A stretch of DNA of 64,000 bases. It comes from the human T2T-CHM13v2.0 reference genome, Homo sapiens. Each line of letters starts with the position of its first letter. Position 1 is the stretch's first letter. The stretch is taken from assembly GCF_009914755.1 (NCBI RefSeq), contig NC_060928.1. The stretch is one strand, 5' to 3'. The notes beneath the pieces were generated by a model. The model was not told the origin of the DNA, did no database searches, and worked only from the letters and a program-made list of their open reading frames with translations. Shown one piece after another: positions 25,676 through 38,264 of this stretch. The translations under genes were made by a program, and so were the position numbers.

Positions 25676-26235
25676 TGTCAGAGGACAGAGACAGAGCTTA
25701 TGCATCTTACAGATCATTTTAGCCTTGTCGGCCTCCTAGGCAGGCCCGCAGCCACTTCATCTTCTACCCTTGGTAGCTGTCTTACTTAGCCTTGCCCTGG
25801 GTGAAGACCAGATTCTGGCAGGAGCAACAGCAGCTCAGGTGCCCACCTCAACCCATCCAGGTCCACAGAAGCTCTAGCTTCTCCAGAAGCTGCCCACAGA
25901 GTCCAGATACAAAACCAGAACTGCAAGGGAGCCAGTGCCCTATGGGGCAAATGTTAAGAGACAGAAAACAGGAAAAAGCCATCAGAGAAATTCTTCTTAC
26001 TTCCTTTCTCTGAGGTGCTGTGGGTTTTCTATGGCTTGGCTGGAGGCATACTACATGACTGAGCACCTGGTTGTTTCCTCATGAAGGTGTGGTCACCTTA
26101 TATCTACTTAGCCTCCCTCCATGCCCCAAGCCCCTTCTTTCCTTACTCTTGTTATCCTGGAATTGCACCTCCCAAGAAAGCATTAGCACATAAGATTTGC
26201 CTAAGTTTCTACTTTCTAGAGAATATAAATGGAAA
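25676..26235 (+). mobile_element. LTR16-family 3' LTR
   Basis: cctggaattgcacctcccaagaaagcattagcacataagatttgcctaagtttctactttctag matches the LTR16 3' end and directly follows the ERVL internal region. Confidence 0.7.
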
Positions 26236-26339
26236 TTATGTCTATCAGACTCACTTAGGGAGCTGTTTCAAATGATAAATACACCACCGTGATACTCCGT
26301 TGATATATTTTATTCTTCAAGTTCATAGGGATGAGAAAA

Positions 26340-26665
26340 GGTGTAACGTTAGACTTAGAAATAGTTGACCTAAGTTTGATCCTAACTCTGCTACTTACTG
26401 TGTGACATTAAGTAATTTGCTGAACCTCTCTGAGCCTCATTCCTTCATCTGGTCAACAAAGGGTCAGCATGATAACATGGGTTCTCAGGGAGGACTGCTT
26501 GGGGTGACTGTGAATCTTTAGGCAATTTACATACATCTCTAAGCCTCAGTTTTCTCATGTGTGAAATGGAGATAGTAATACAATCTACCTAACAGGTTTG
26601 TTTTGAGGATTCAATGAGATCATCATTCATGCAAAGCTTTTGTAAAGTGCCTTGTCTATTATCAT
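26340..26665 (+). mobile_element. two adjacent MIR fragments
   Basis: ctctgctacttactgtgtgacattaagtaatttgctgaacctctctgagcctca and aagcctcagttttctcatgtgtgaaatggagatagtaata. Confidence 0.8.
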
Positions 26666-28312
26666 CTGTGAAAAGGAGTAAAAAGCTGCCCCTTTGAAAG
26701 GTTGTGAAGATTAGCTGCCTTCTCCAGGCAGCTGTTGGAGCCATTTGAGTTGGGTCTGGGCACCTAAGCTATTGTAAAGCATGACATAACTATAAAATAA
26801 TGTTTTTTTCTAGGGGAAAAAATTACTGTGATATAATTTGTGTCTGGTCATTCTTCCCTTCTCCGCTGGTGGAATCCTGGGCCCACTTACATCATCTCTC
26901 ATCCCAGTGAGTTGATTCTATGCCAACACAGACTTCAGCCCAAATCCAGCCCTACCCCCAATGAAGTTTATCATTTCCTGCCCTGGCTGCACCTCCCTCA
27001 AAAAGCAGATGTGGCAAGTAACAACAACAATATTGATAATGTTTCACATTGTTATTCAAGTCCTAATCTGAAATAAATACTCCAAAGATGCAAATCTGGA
27101 TGGGTTCTTGCCCAAGACTTGGAAGGACAGATTCATATCAAGTGATCTTGTTCTGCTTGACATATGATTTAAAGTATCTCCCTGTGCAAACTAATTTAGA
27201 AATAAAGAAAATGGGCTTAGTAAAAATTTTGTCAGGACACATTATATAAGATTTTATAGATTTATGTACAAAATCTGAGCCTATTAGGTTGGCCAAGGAT
27301 CCCATTACCCTAGTAATCTGGAAAGAAAGAATTCATCTATCCTTTCAACAAATAATTATGTGAGATGGGAACACAACGAGCCCCAGGTTTGCCAACAGAT
27401 TCAAGTTCCTGGGCAACATTATTAGAGCAGCTATTCTTCCTTTGTACTTGACTCAAAGTCCTGTTATCAATTACCCATGCCCTCGGAGTACCTGACTGAC
27501 AACAACAACAACAACAAAAGCCATGGGACAACTGAGATCCAATGCCATCATGATTCAGCACAGATACTTTTTAATGGTGACTAAAGCAAACACTAGAGTC
27601 CACACTGACCCTGGCCAGTCCTCAGTACCACGTTGACCTCTCCATAATAGCCTCCACAGATATTTCTCTCCCAAGGGATTCCTCTTTGATGACTTATAAT
27701 TACGATGAAACACTGTAATTCATACAATTAATGCTTTATTCTAAACATCCAGCTCATACCGATTTCCACTGCTTGGCTGATTAAAGGCTGCCTGTTACCA
27801 AGAAACTTTGCAGCAATCTCTCCAGTTAATTAATGTTTTCAGGCACTTGCCTGGAAGACAACAACAGCAGAAGTTGCTAATTGCCATTGTTTACCACAAA
27901 TTGCAAAGTGCCATGGTTACTTCATACTTTTCACTGCGAATGCTATCATCATCATCATCAATATTTATTGACTACCCACTTAAATGTATTCTATTCCACT
28001 AAGTGCTTTAATGTGTCTGACAGCATAGCTTGCCAAAGAAGGCTAATCATGAAAATAGCACACCATAGTCTACTGTTCTAATTTTTTTAATAAAAATTAT
28101 TTTTACTCACTTTTGGAACCTAAAATATAGCAGTATAAAACATTAGTAAAACATCCCTTTATTTGGTAATCTATACCTTTTAGTGTCTGACACATATAGG
28201 CTCTCTAAATATTTATGAAATAAATAAAGGTATGAGTGAAGTTTGTAACAGAAGTATTCAGCGAGATCTGAGACTCCAGATGGAAAAAAGGAGACAAAAA
28301 AGTAGCTGATGT

Positions 28313-29141
28313 TGACACTTCTCAAAAGAAGACATTTATGCAGCCAAAAAACACATGAAAAAATGCTCATCATCACTGGCCATCAGAGAAATGCAAATCA
28401 AAACCACAATGAGATACCATCTCACACCAGTTAGAATGGCAATCATTAAAAAGTCAGGAAACAACAGGTGCTGGAGAGGATGTGGAGAAATAAGAACACT
28501 TTTACACTGTTGGTGGGACTGTAAACTAGTTCAACCATTGTGGAAGTCAGTGTGGCGATTCCTCAGGGATCTAGAACTAGAAATACCATTTGACCCTGCC
28601 ATCCCATTACTGGCTATATACCCAAAGGATTATAAATCATGCTGCTATAAAGACACATGCACACGTATGTTTATTGCGGCACTATTCACAATAGCAAAGA
28701 CTTGGAACCAACCCAAATGTCCAACAATGATAGACTGGATTAAGAAAATGTGGCACATATACACCATGGAATACTATGCAGCCATAAAAAAGGATGAGTT
28801 CAAGTCCTTTGTAGGGACATGGATGAAGTTGGAAACCATCATTCTCAGCAAACTATCGCAAGGACAAAAAACCAAACACTGCATGTTCTCACTCATAGGT
28901 GGAAATTGAACAATGAGAACACATGGACACAGGAAAGGGAACATCACACACCGGGGCCTTTTGTGGGGTGGGGGGAGGGGGGAGGGATAGCATTAGGAGA
29001 TATACCTAATGCTAAATGACGAGTTAATGGGTGCAGCACACCAACATGGCACATGTATACATATGTAACAAACCTGCACGTTGTGCACATGTACCCTAAA
29101 ACTTAAAGTATAATAATAATAATAATAAAAGAAAAAAAGAA
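28313..29141 (+). mobile_element. 5'-truncated L1PA3-like 3' end
   Basis: Open ORF2 C-terminus (184 aa, ending SLIGGN), 3' UTR and A tail; TSD aaaaaa(g/a)tagctgatgt ending at 28312 and 29158. Confidence 0.95.
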
Positions 29142-29664
29142 AAAAAAATAGCTGATGTCTCTTGAGTGGTGCTCAGAGGCATACCAATCTTTCTCAATCC
29201 AACATTGTGTCCAGGGAAAAGAAGTCACTTTTTTTCCTTTAGAGGAAAAAATATTACATAAGGAAAGGCTCTCAGAGGCTCTCTTGAACATTATATGGGC
29301 TGACATTGTAGTATTTAGACTTTTCTTGTTGAGACAGAGCTGATGGTCATATATACAAAATACTCCCGTGGACCTATCCAAGGTTCACTGTAATCCTCAT
29401 CACCTTTTCTTTCCTTCCAGAAATAATGAAATATAAGTACAGGACATTACCATGAATGTAGGGATAACCTTGAATTTGCTCTCATGTTGTTAAAACAAAA
29501 AAGTAAATCATTCAAAAATCTCATTTCCTAAACTCTTATTAACAATGAATTAATTGGAAATACATTACAACTGATTGTGATATGGCTGGATCTCTCAGCA
29601 CAGCAGCTAAGGGACCTAGGATCTAGGTCCCCATCTTACACTGATTAGCTCTGTGATTGGATGC

Positions 29665-30599
29665 AAAAGCTAAATGGGATTTAAAGCTTTACCAAGGGTT
29701 TTTATATCTCTGAAAATAATTTAACCTCCCCTCCCTTCTTCCACTAACTTTTGTATCATATAAATAAAAGTAAACTGGCAACTTTCCTCCAGCATGAGAG
29801 ATAGTACGGCATGCCTGGATTCTAGAAGCTAACTCTTTTGGACATGTATTTATTGTTTGTCCAACATTTCTTCCTTCAGGAATTCCCCTCATTTCCCTTT
29901 TTTGAATCTCAGTTTGTTTATTGTAGCATGAGAATGTTGAACAAATGCTATATACTTAATGTTTGTGTAGCCTCAAATGTTGCAACCCTAATCCTCTGTG
30001 TGATAGTATTTGAAGATGGGGCCTTTGGGAGGTGATTAGGTCATTAAGGTAGAACTCTTATTATGGGATTAGTACCCTTGTAAGAAAAGAGCTTGCTCCA
30101 TCTCTCTTTCTCTATCCCCCACACATCAGGATGCAAGAAGAATATAGCCATCTTTGAACCAACCTTCACTAGGCACCCAATCTGCTGGGACCCTGATCTT
30201 GTACTTCTCAGCTTAGACTGTGAGAAATAAATTTCTGCTGTTTAATAGTATTTTGTTACAGTGGACTGAGTTAACTAAGACAACAAAGGTCTCATTTCAG
30301 TTCTGCTTACTATACCTGAGGTCTGGCTTAGATCCCTCTTTGATTCTGAGGTTGGAAGTTAAGTCTGGCCCTCCTGGGAAAAGCTAAATGGAACTTGAAG
30401 CTTTACCAAGGATTTTTATATCTCTGAAAATAATTTAACATCCCCTCCGTTCTTCCACTAACTTTTGCATCACATAAATAAAAGTAAACTGGCAACTTTC
30501 CTCCAGCATGAGAGATAGCACAGCATGCCTGGATTCTAGAAGCTAACTCTTTTGGACATGTATTTATTGTTTGTCCAACATTTCTTCCTTTGGGAATTC
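29665..30599 (+). repeat. 221-bp direct duplication (29665-29885 vs 30379-30599)
   Basis: Ungapped alignment with about 12 mismatches by eye. Confidence 0.95.
29946..30282 (+). mobile_element. MLT1A0/MSTD-like solo LTR
   Basis: tgcta...ggggcctttgggaggtgattaggtcat...actaagaca; 5-bp TSD ACAAA (29941-29945, 30283-30287). Confidence 0.88.
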
Positions 30600-31414
30600 A
30601 TCTTCTTTCATTCCATAATAATCCTGCTCAATGTACATTGTTCAAGTAGTATTCACTGCACCCCATAATAGACAAATAACAAAAGTCCAATCAAGCAGGG
30701 CTCTTGATTATTACAACAGTTTTGTGAGGTAGACAGGATAGGTATAACGCTACTTCCCATTGTATGTGTAAAGAAAAAGAACTGACTGGAGTAATTAAAA
30801 TGGATAAAATCGTACTTATAGGAGGCAAGAGAGTTGCTACACAAACTCTGGGTTTTTGCTTTTGGTTTTTTTTTTGTTTTTTGTTTTTTTTCACTTAAAA
30901 TCTGGTGTTCCCTTTATTTCACCACAAAACAGTGAACTCCTTGACTTGTCATTGTATCCTGGCCATGTACACGGAAAGACAGAAGCTACTTAAGATTCTG
31001 AGAATAAGACTAATACAATCAACCAATTTAAGAGAAGAGGAACAGACATTACCAGAAGCCATTATAAAGATGCAGAATGCCAGGATAAAAGTAGGAAGAG
31101 CAATACTGATTGTAGCGTAATCAATAATATTGACTTAAGGGGCAGAAATGTCATGAAAGAGGAATTTCAACATAGAAAAACTTAAAACAAGGGTCTAAAA
31201 AGAAAAATATAACAACGCTCATCTGACAATGTCTATGTGAAAGAAACAGAATCTAGGGAAGAAAAGATTTTTAGTCAGTAGAAAGACATTCTCTGACAAA
31301 GAGGCAGGGAATTTATTTAGAACTTACCAAGGCCTAAATAAAATATGTTATCCTCTTCACTTTTCTTGGTACCCATGTGCTAATCTATGACATTAAATAT
31401 CTGGTCACTCTAAT

Positions 31415-31640
31415 TTAATTTAGTTCAACAAACATGGTTTGAGTGTCTTCTGAGTACCAGGGATTGTACTTGGGATTGGAAATAAAAGGATGAGCAAGAA
31501 ATGTCCCTGTATTTAAGGGGGCAGGGTGAATGAGAGGAAGGAATTGAAAAAGATACTCAAGATTCTGACTTGGGAAACTGAGTGAACACTATTAATTTAG
31601 GAAACATAAGGAAAGAAGGAGTTCAGTGTTGGACATCAAA
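31415..31640 (-). mobile_element. L2 fragments
   Basis: ttcaacaaacatggtttgagtg...taccaggg; gagttcagtgttggacat. Confidence 0.65.
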
Positions 31641-31641
31641 T

Positions 31642-32010
31642 CAGTCAGGAATGCTTTTTGGCTATAAGAAACAACTCAACCAGTAAGGTTTAAGCAACAG
31701 ACATTTAATTACCATAACATGAAATCTGGAAAAATGCAGTCCAGGCCAGTACAGTGGTTCAAAAACATCAACAAGGATGCAAGCTCAACCTATCTTTTAT
31801 TCCACCATCCTTGGCATATTGGCTTGTTGTCCTTGTGCTTGTTACCCCATACTTACAAGATGGCTGCTACAGCTCTAAGCCTCATTTTTCCCTTTTATTA
31901 GGAAAGTTGTTTTTTCCAGAAGCCCTCAGCAGGCCTTCATTTCATCTTATTGACTACAACTGGGTTATATGACTATCTCTACCTATAAAGGAGGCTGGGA
32001 AAACCTGTGG
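31642..32010 (-). mobile_element. old MLT1 (K/L-like) LTR fragment
   Basis: agtcaggaatgctttttggctataagaaac...caagatggctgctacagctc...aaggaggctgggaaa. Confidence 0.6.
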
Positions 32011-33490
32011 ATTTCCAGACACTGTAGTCAAAGTTTAAAAAAATTAAGAAGGTCGGGAAGTGTTGGCCACAAACAACTTGTTCAGTTGAGGATATACACA
32101 ATCTCTTGTTAGTTTTGTTTGCATGAGGCAATCCCCAAAAGACCCAATCACTGACAAATCAAGTACCTGAACCCACAAAGCCTAAGGTCTAATCAAACCC
32201 TACTTTGACGGCTTCACAAATGTAATCTCACTGTTTGAATACCTTCTAAATCAACCAACCTCCTTCACTATAAGATTTCAATACTTCACAATTGAAAGAC
32301 CAACAAACACCAGAGTTCTAGCATACCTTCAGGACATAGAAGAGAATCAATAAACATTTCCTGATTTACTAATTAGTAGAACCTGGGCACAGAGGAAAAT
32401 TTAACCTGGAATAAGAGATTTTTTGGCTTTGACCAGCAGTATTTGACTGCACAATAATTTCTAAAAAAGAAGACAAGAACAGTTGTTGCAAATTCCAAAA
32501 TATATGTCAGCCATTCGACTAAAATATTATCCCTTTTCAATTACTCTGAGTTTCATGAGCCCCAACATATCAAAAATCAACTTCTTATATGAAATGCATT
32601 AATCCAAGAAGGAAGATACGTACAAAAAAGGCACTAGCTTATTCTCCGTTCTCCATTCAGCTATTACATGGGTGGTAAGAAAAATTGAAATGCAGTCTTG
32701 ACTGTTATCTAGATGCAAATCACGTCCTAGTTCCAGACAATCAAGCAAACAGTCATTAAACATGTAACAGTCTAAAAAATAATTTGTAAACTGGCATTTT
32801 CTTTAGAAATTTTGGGTGGTTTAGGAGAGAGTAGCAGAATGGCATTCTCTTCAGATTATTTCCACTGTATCTTTCACATCAATTAGTTAGAGCCATGGTG
32901 CACCTGTTGAATGTAAATTGCTTTATGAACAGCTGTTCCATGTCCAAAGTAAACATGCTGGATATTGAAATAGCCATCTAGTCTGGGGTTTGCTGGTATC
33001 ATAGCATCTTGATTTTCTCAGATTGAAGACAGCGTATATAAATTTATTTACGTATACCAAATGTAAGAGAGTTGGGGTTTTTTTCCCTAGGTTAGTCCTT
33101 AACCACTTCCCCAACCCCTGTAAATTCAGGAAAGAGATTTGAATATTTATTATTAATGACTCACTTACAGTCAATCCCTAAAGGAAATTGCTATATTAAT
33201 GGGCATAAATGTTCATTGGAATGTGTAAACAAGGTGAGAAACCTAACTTCAATCAATCCAGGAAGTTGTTCTCTTTATCGAAGTTATGGATTTACAAAGT
33301 AGAATTTTTGTTTGGGAGAGAGGGGCAAGAGGCAGTAAAATAAAACATATCATCCATAGACCAGAATATTTAGTCGTCTGGAGAGGATCCCATCCTCTAG
33401 AGACCAACCTGGGCACAACAGTAAGTAAAAAGCCTTGATTTCTTCCCACTGCCATTTTGCCACCTGCTTACCCAAACTGCAGGCAAACAA

Positions 33491-33542
33491 ACACATGCAC
33501 ATGCATGTGCACGCACACACACGCACACACACACACACACAC
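33491..33542. repeat. (CA)n-type alternating purine-pyrimidine microsatellite
   Basis: acacatgcacatgcatgtgcacgcacacacacgcacacacacacacacacac. Confidence 0.9.
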
Positions 33543-34244
33543 CATACCCTGGTTCAGCCTTCTTTGGAAAATTACCTGTTCCAGAAAAATCAACCCTACT
33601 TGCATTTAACATTCCCTCCAAAACTCTTAGTTCCTCGAAATCTAATCTATTCAGAAGACAAAAAGAAAGTTAATTGAACTATTTTACAACATTAGGAGAA
33701 AGGCTGATATGACTTTTCCAAATAGCAGTTGCATTTTAAAAGTATGATTTATTTCAGACACATGGAAATCTAATCGTAGACCTTCAGGCAAAACATGCTG
33801 TATCAGGGGGCCCTTTCTGGCCTCCTCTAATCATAGCTTTCTCTACTTATAAAACAAGCTCTGCCAAATGTTTTCACTGTTCTCCAATTAAGGCATTTGA
33901 CCAAAACAAAAATCATTTTACAATAAACCCAGAAAATATTATAAACTAAAAACAAAATAGAGATTTTTTAACTGCTGAGATTTGTTAATGCCTGCATGAA
34001 ATTTGACAGCTATTTTTGGTGTGTAAACTTTAAAGTCCTGTGCTATCAAAGGGTCACAAAACTATAAAGAACTCTGAAATACTTGTAGTATATTCTCAAA
34101 AAGAAAGTGTTGGCATGTTTGCTTTTTGGAAACAGGATGTGCAAAGAAGCTAATTTGGAAAACTCTTTATTATCCAATCCAATGGAACAGAACATTAGAG
34201 TAGATGCATTGCATCTGTGAAACTAGACAACCAGTTGATTTAGA

Positions 34245-34455
34245 AATGATGCTCCTTATGCAGATCTGGGCAAAGCTTTCTAAGCAGAGAGGACAAAAAT
34301 GCAAATACCCTGATCAGGGAATGCGTTTGGCTTGTCATAAAACAAAAAGAAGATTAATGTGCCAGACAAGAAGAGAGCATGATGGAAAGTTGTAAGTGAC
34401 AACATCAGAGAGCTAGAGAAGGGCCAGAAAATGCAGGACTTTTTAAGCTGATCGC
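34245..34455 (-). mobile_element. L2 fragment
   Basis: agatctgggcaaagctttctaagcagagaggacaaaaatgcaaataccctga...agggccagaaaatgcaggac. Confidence 0.65.
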
Positions 34456-34475
34456 CTAAGATCTGGGGGTTCCTA

Positions 34476-35432
34476 AAGGATTATAAATCATTATACTATA
34501 AAGACACATGCACACGTATGTTTATTGCAGCACTATTCACAATAGCAAAGACTTGGAACCAACCCAAATGTCCATCAGTGATAGACTGGATAAAGAAAAT
34601 GTGGCACATATACACAATGAAATACTATGCAGCCATAAAAACAAATGAGCCCATGTCCTTTGCAGGGACGTGGATGAAGCTGGAAACCATCATTCTCAGC
34701 AAACTAACACAAGAACAGAAAACCAAACACCACATGTTCTCACTCATAGGTGGGAGTTGAACAACGAGAACACATGGACACGGGGAAGGGAACATCACAC
34801 ACCAGGGCCTGTCAGGGGGTGGGGAGCTAGGGGAGGGATAACATTAGGAGAAATACTTAATGTAGATGGCAAGTTGATGGGTGCAGCAAACCACCATGGC
34901 ATATGTATACCTATGTAACAAACTTGCACGTTCTGCACATGTATCCCAGAATCTAAAGTATAATAAATAAAAAAAAGAACCAACTGATCTGACAGACTTA
35001 AAAAAAAAAATCCAAAAAAATTATCCAGGTGTGTTTGCATGCCCCTATAGTCCCACCTACTGAGGAGGCTGAGGTTGGAGGATCACCTGAGCCCAGGAAG
35101 TTGAGGCTGCAGTCAGCCATGACTGCACCACTGCACTCCAGCCTGGGTAACAGAGTGAGAGATTGCCTCAATAGAAAGAAAGAAAAAAGTTGAATTAGGG
35201 CTGAAACCCACACACTGGCTCCCATGTCTGTGCTCTTCACCACTGGCCACGTAGCTCCCTTGTGCATGTCCTGGCTTCCATGTCCAGCTTGCGTGTTCCT
35301 ATATGGCAGGGAGTGTGTCTTGCCTGTTTTCATGTCCATTCCTTTAGTCTCTTCTTCCTCACTCAGCCTTGTTCTTGGTGTTTGGGAGACATTTGAAGCG
35401 TAATAAATATTTGCTGAATTGTTGAAAAAAAA
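34476..35432 (+). mobile_element. L1PA7-like 3' end (34476-34976) plus 3' transduced flank (34977-35424) and second poly-A
   Basis: TSD ATCTGGGGGTTCCTA at 34461-34475 and 35433-35447 brackets both the L1 and the downstream sequence. Confidence 0.9.
35015..35189 (+). mobile_element. AluJ right arm / FRAM inside the transduced segment
   Basis: ggaggctgaggttggaggatcacctgagcccaggaagttgaggctgcagt...cactccagcctgggtaacagagtgaga. Confidence 0.85.
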
Positions 35433-35469
35433 ATCTGGGGGTTCCTAGAACCCAATATACAAACTATAT

Positions 35470-35960
35470 ATCATATCAGTCAAGGTCCTTGTAAGAAATG
35501 GAAACCACGGAGGATCTTAAAAAAAAAAAACAGAGGAAATTGAATTTGGGGATTTGATTAAACAGTTAATAGAAGATCCTAGGAAGCAAAGAAGTAATCA
35601 TGAGGGCAGAGCAAGAATCCACTACCATCCTGGGGCAGGAAGCATTGCACAGGAAGAGGAGTCCTCAGAGCCCAGAAGGAGGTGGTAGGACCAGGGCAAG
35701 GACTGCCATGTGGAAGCTGGGCATCATGAAAGGAAGCTGTCTCATGGGAGATGAGCCTCACCCAGCACAGGGCAAGAAAGGAAGAAATACTGACTTCTCC
35801 CTCCCTCCCTCCTCCCCTACAGTCTTCTGCCAGTGCCTCTCACTGGCCAAATCTATCTGGAATTCAACTGGACAAACCTATCCAAAAAATAAGTCCCCGT
35901 AATACAGAGCAGAGCAGGGAAAGGATGGGAAATGAATGTGAAAGAAAACAGACCAATAGC
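35470..35960 (-). mobile_element. LTR33-family (ERVL) LTR relic
   Basis: cagtcttctgccagtgcctctcactggccaaatc...gagcagagcagggaaagg resembles reverse LTR33. Confidence 0.55.
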
Positions 35961-36249
35961 AGGCACATTGATCAACTCAGGGAGGAGTAGGAAATTCTTC
36001 CCCTTCACCCCCGCCACCGCCCCCCAGCCTAACAATGCAGCTCCCAGCAAGTCTTTCTTGTCCATCTGATTCCATCTCTCTGGCCACACAATCTGAGGAC
36101 ACAGCTAGAGGGAGGATCCCTATCTGTAATCAGTGTGATGAATTTTGTATGGGAGCCAACAAGTCTCTTCACAGGATCAAACAGCTCCCTTTTTATTGGT
36201 AAATGTAAGGATGACTACAGATGTCGAAGGAGGTCAAACTTAAAGCCAA

Positions 36250-37363
36250 GTCTACCCAACACCTAAGCAAAAGTTAGAAACTGTTTTCTTTTGCAACAGG
36301 ACACAATTGGAGAAACTGGTTATTTTAACAAGGCTTTGACTGGAATGGCATGACTTCCTTTAAGGAATCAAACTTGACTTGTAAAGCCAATAAAAGCCTT
36401 TTGGGGAACTGGCCTCATACCTTGTCTCCACAGTTCCTGTACAGGGTTTCTGACCTACGGTAAGTAAAGAATGTCACTTTCAAACATGTCCAGGAGCCCC
36501 AAGTTATCTTGGGACCCAAGAGGAGAGGAAGTTACTTGACTCGTAGGTATTTGAGGGTTCAAACCTATGGTAGGGCTTGGCTCTAAAAAAGTATTATCTG
36601 GGATTCCTTAAGGAACAGAGTTCTATCAAAGCCAATTAAAAAGCCATATGGCAAATAATTATTCTTTCTGCACTTTATACAAATAATCAGGCCAAGTATA
36701 ATAAAGCAAATCACTTTTACCATGATTTGTCTTTAGTAAAAATGGGAAACTGGAGAGAGAAAAATTATGTTTCAAAAACTGTGGTACACTTGTTATTAAA
36801 TTCTAGTCTCATCAGTTGTTTTTAAGTTTGTTTCTGCTATTTAGGCTAACACAGCTTATTCCTGTGAACCAACCAGTGATCTCTGACTGCTATTCAGAAG
36901 AAAAAAGGGTAATGTAAAAATCTAAATCAGTATTCTAATTCTGGGCATGTACTGGAATCATCTAGCAATCCCATATCAGCTTGGTTCCAACAGTTGCCCA
37001 GTTCATGGAAGGCCTTCTAATTCAGTTTACTTGGAATAATTTTACCTATTTTGCTTTACTGTGATGGATACATTGCTGTTGTACTCCTTGTGCAGGAATA
37101 AGGATAAGCTTACCAAATGTTTTCTTAAATTGAGTACTTATTAATATCTTCCAGATACCACCTTTTGTCAAGGAATTATAAATGGCCCTCACCATACTGA
37201 TGCTTTCTGACTGTGCTCCTCTCCTCACCAAATACAAGAGACCCTAATAGTTAGGCAAGAATATCGTTGCCCCAATACAGCCTGAAGAAGTTACAGAACA
37301 TGGATCTTCACCCTTCTGCAACCCTTAGGATTAAGGGTTCTCTTATAAAAGGGAGGGAGGAAA
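36250..37363 (+). mobile_element. MER41/MER4-group ERV1 internal 3' fragment
   Basis: aaggctttgactggaatggc...ttaaggaatcaaacttgactt; ends in polypurine tract aaaagggagggaggaaa directly before the LTR. Confidence 0.8.
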
Positions 37364-37920
37364 TGTCAGAGGTGTGTGAACCAGAACAATTCCATCTTAA
37401 ATAGGAGCTGGGTAAAATGAGACTGAGACCTACTGGGCTGCATTCCCAGATGGTTAAGGTATTCTAAGTCACAGAATGAGATAGAAGTTCAGCAAAAAAT
37501 ACAGGTCATAAAGACCTTGCTGATGAAACAGTTTGCAGTAAAGAAGCCAGTTAAAACCCACCAAAACCAAAATGGCCACGGGAGTCACCTCTGGTCACCC
37601 TGACTGCTACACTCCCACCAGCACCGTGACAGTTTACAAATGCCATGGCAACATCAGGAAGTTACCCTACATGGTCCAAAAAGGGGAGGCATGAATAATC
37701 CACTCCTTGTTTAGCATATCATCAAGAAATAACCATAACAGTGGGTAACCAGCAGCCCTCAGGGCTTCTCTGTCTACAGAGTAGCCATTCTTTTATTCCT
37801 CTACATTTTTAATAAACTTGCTTTCACTTTGCTCTGTGGACTGACCCTGAATTCTTTCTTATGCAAAATCCAAGAACCCTCTCTTGGGGGGATCTGGATC
37901 AAGATCCCTTTCCTGTAATA
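37364..37920 (+). mobile_element. MER41A LTR (3' LTR)
   Basis: tgtcagagg...aaccag...ccatcttaaataggagctgggtaaaatgag start; aaggggaggcatgaataatcc junction typical of MER41A; 557 bp. Confidence 0.9.
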
Positions 37921-38068
37921 CCACCATGCCAAGCTAATTGTTTTATGTTTGTAAAGATGATGTTTTGCTATGTTGCCCAGGCTGGTCTCAAATTCCTGAG
38001 CTCAAATAATCCTCCTGCCTTGGCCTCCCAATGTGCTGGATTACAGGTGTGAGCCACTACACCCAGCC
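37921..38068 (-). mobile_element. partial AluJ (left arm only)
   Basis: tgctatgttgcccaggctggtctcaaattcctgagctcaa...gagccactacacccagcc. Confidence 0.88.
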
Positions 38069-38264
38069 AATATTATCAAATAAAGAATGGACTCTCCTAC
38101 TCTCTCTATTAGATTGTTTGCCTTCATCAGTAATTTAGATGACAGAAAGATATGTGTTCTAAGTGAAATCTATATATTAGGGTTCTGCACATGTTTTGAA
38201 AAGGCTTTTAAAAAGTAAAAATTACACATGCACACACCCCAAAAATATATTTTAAGCCAGCTGA

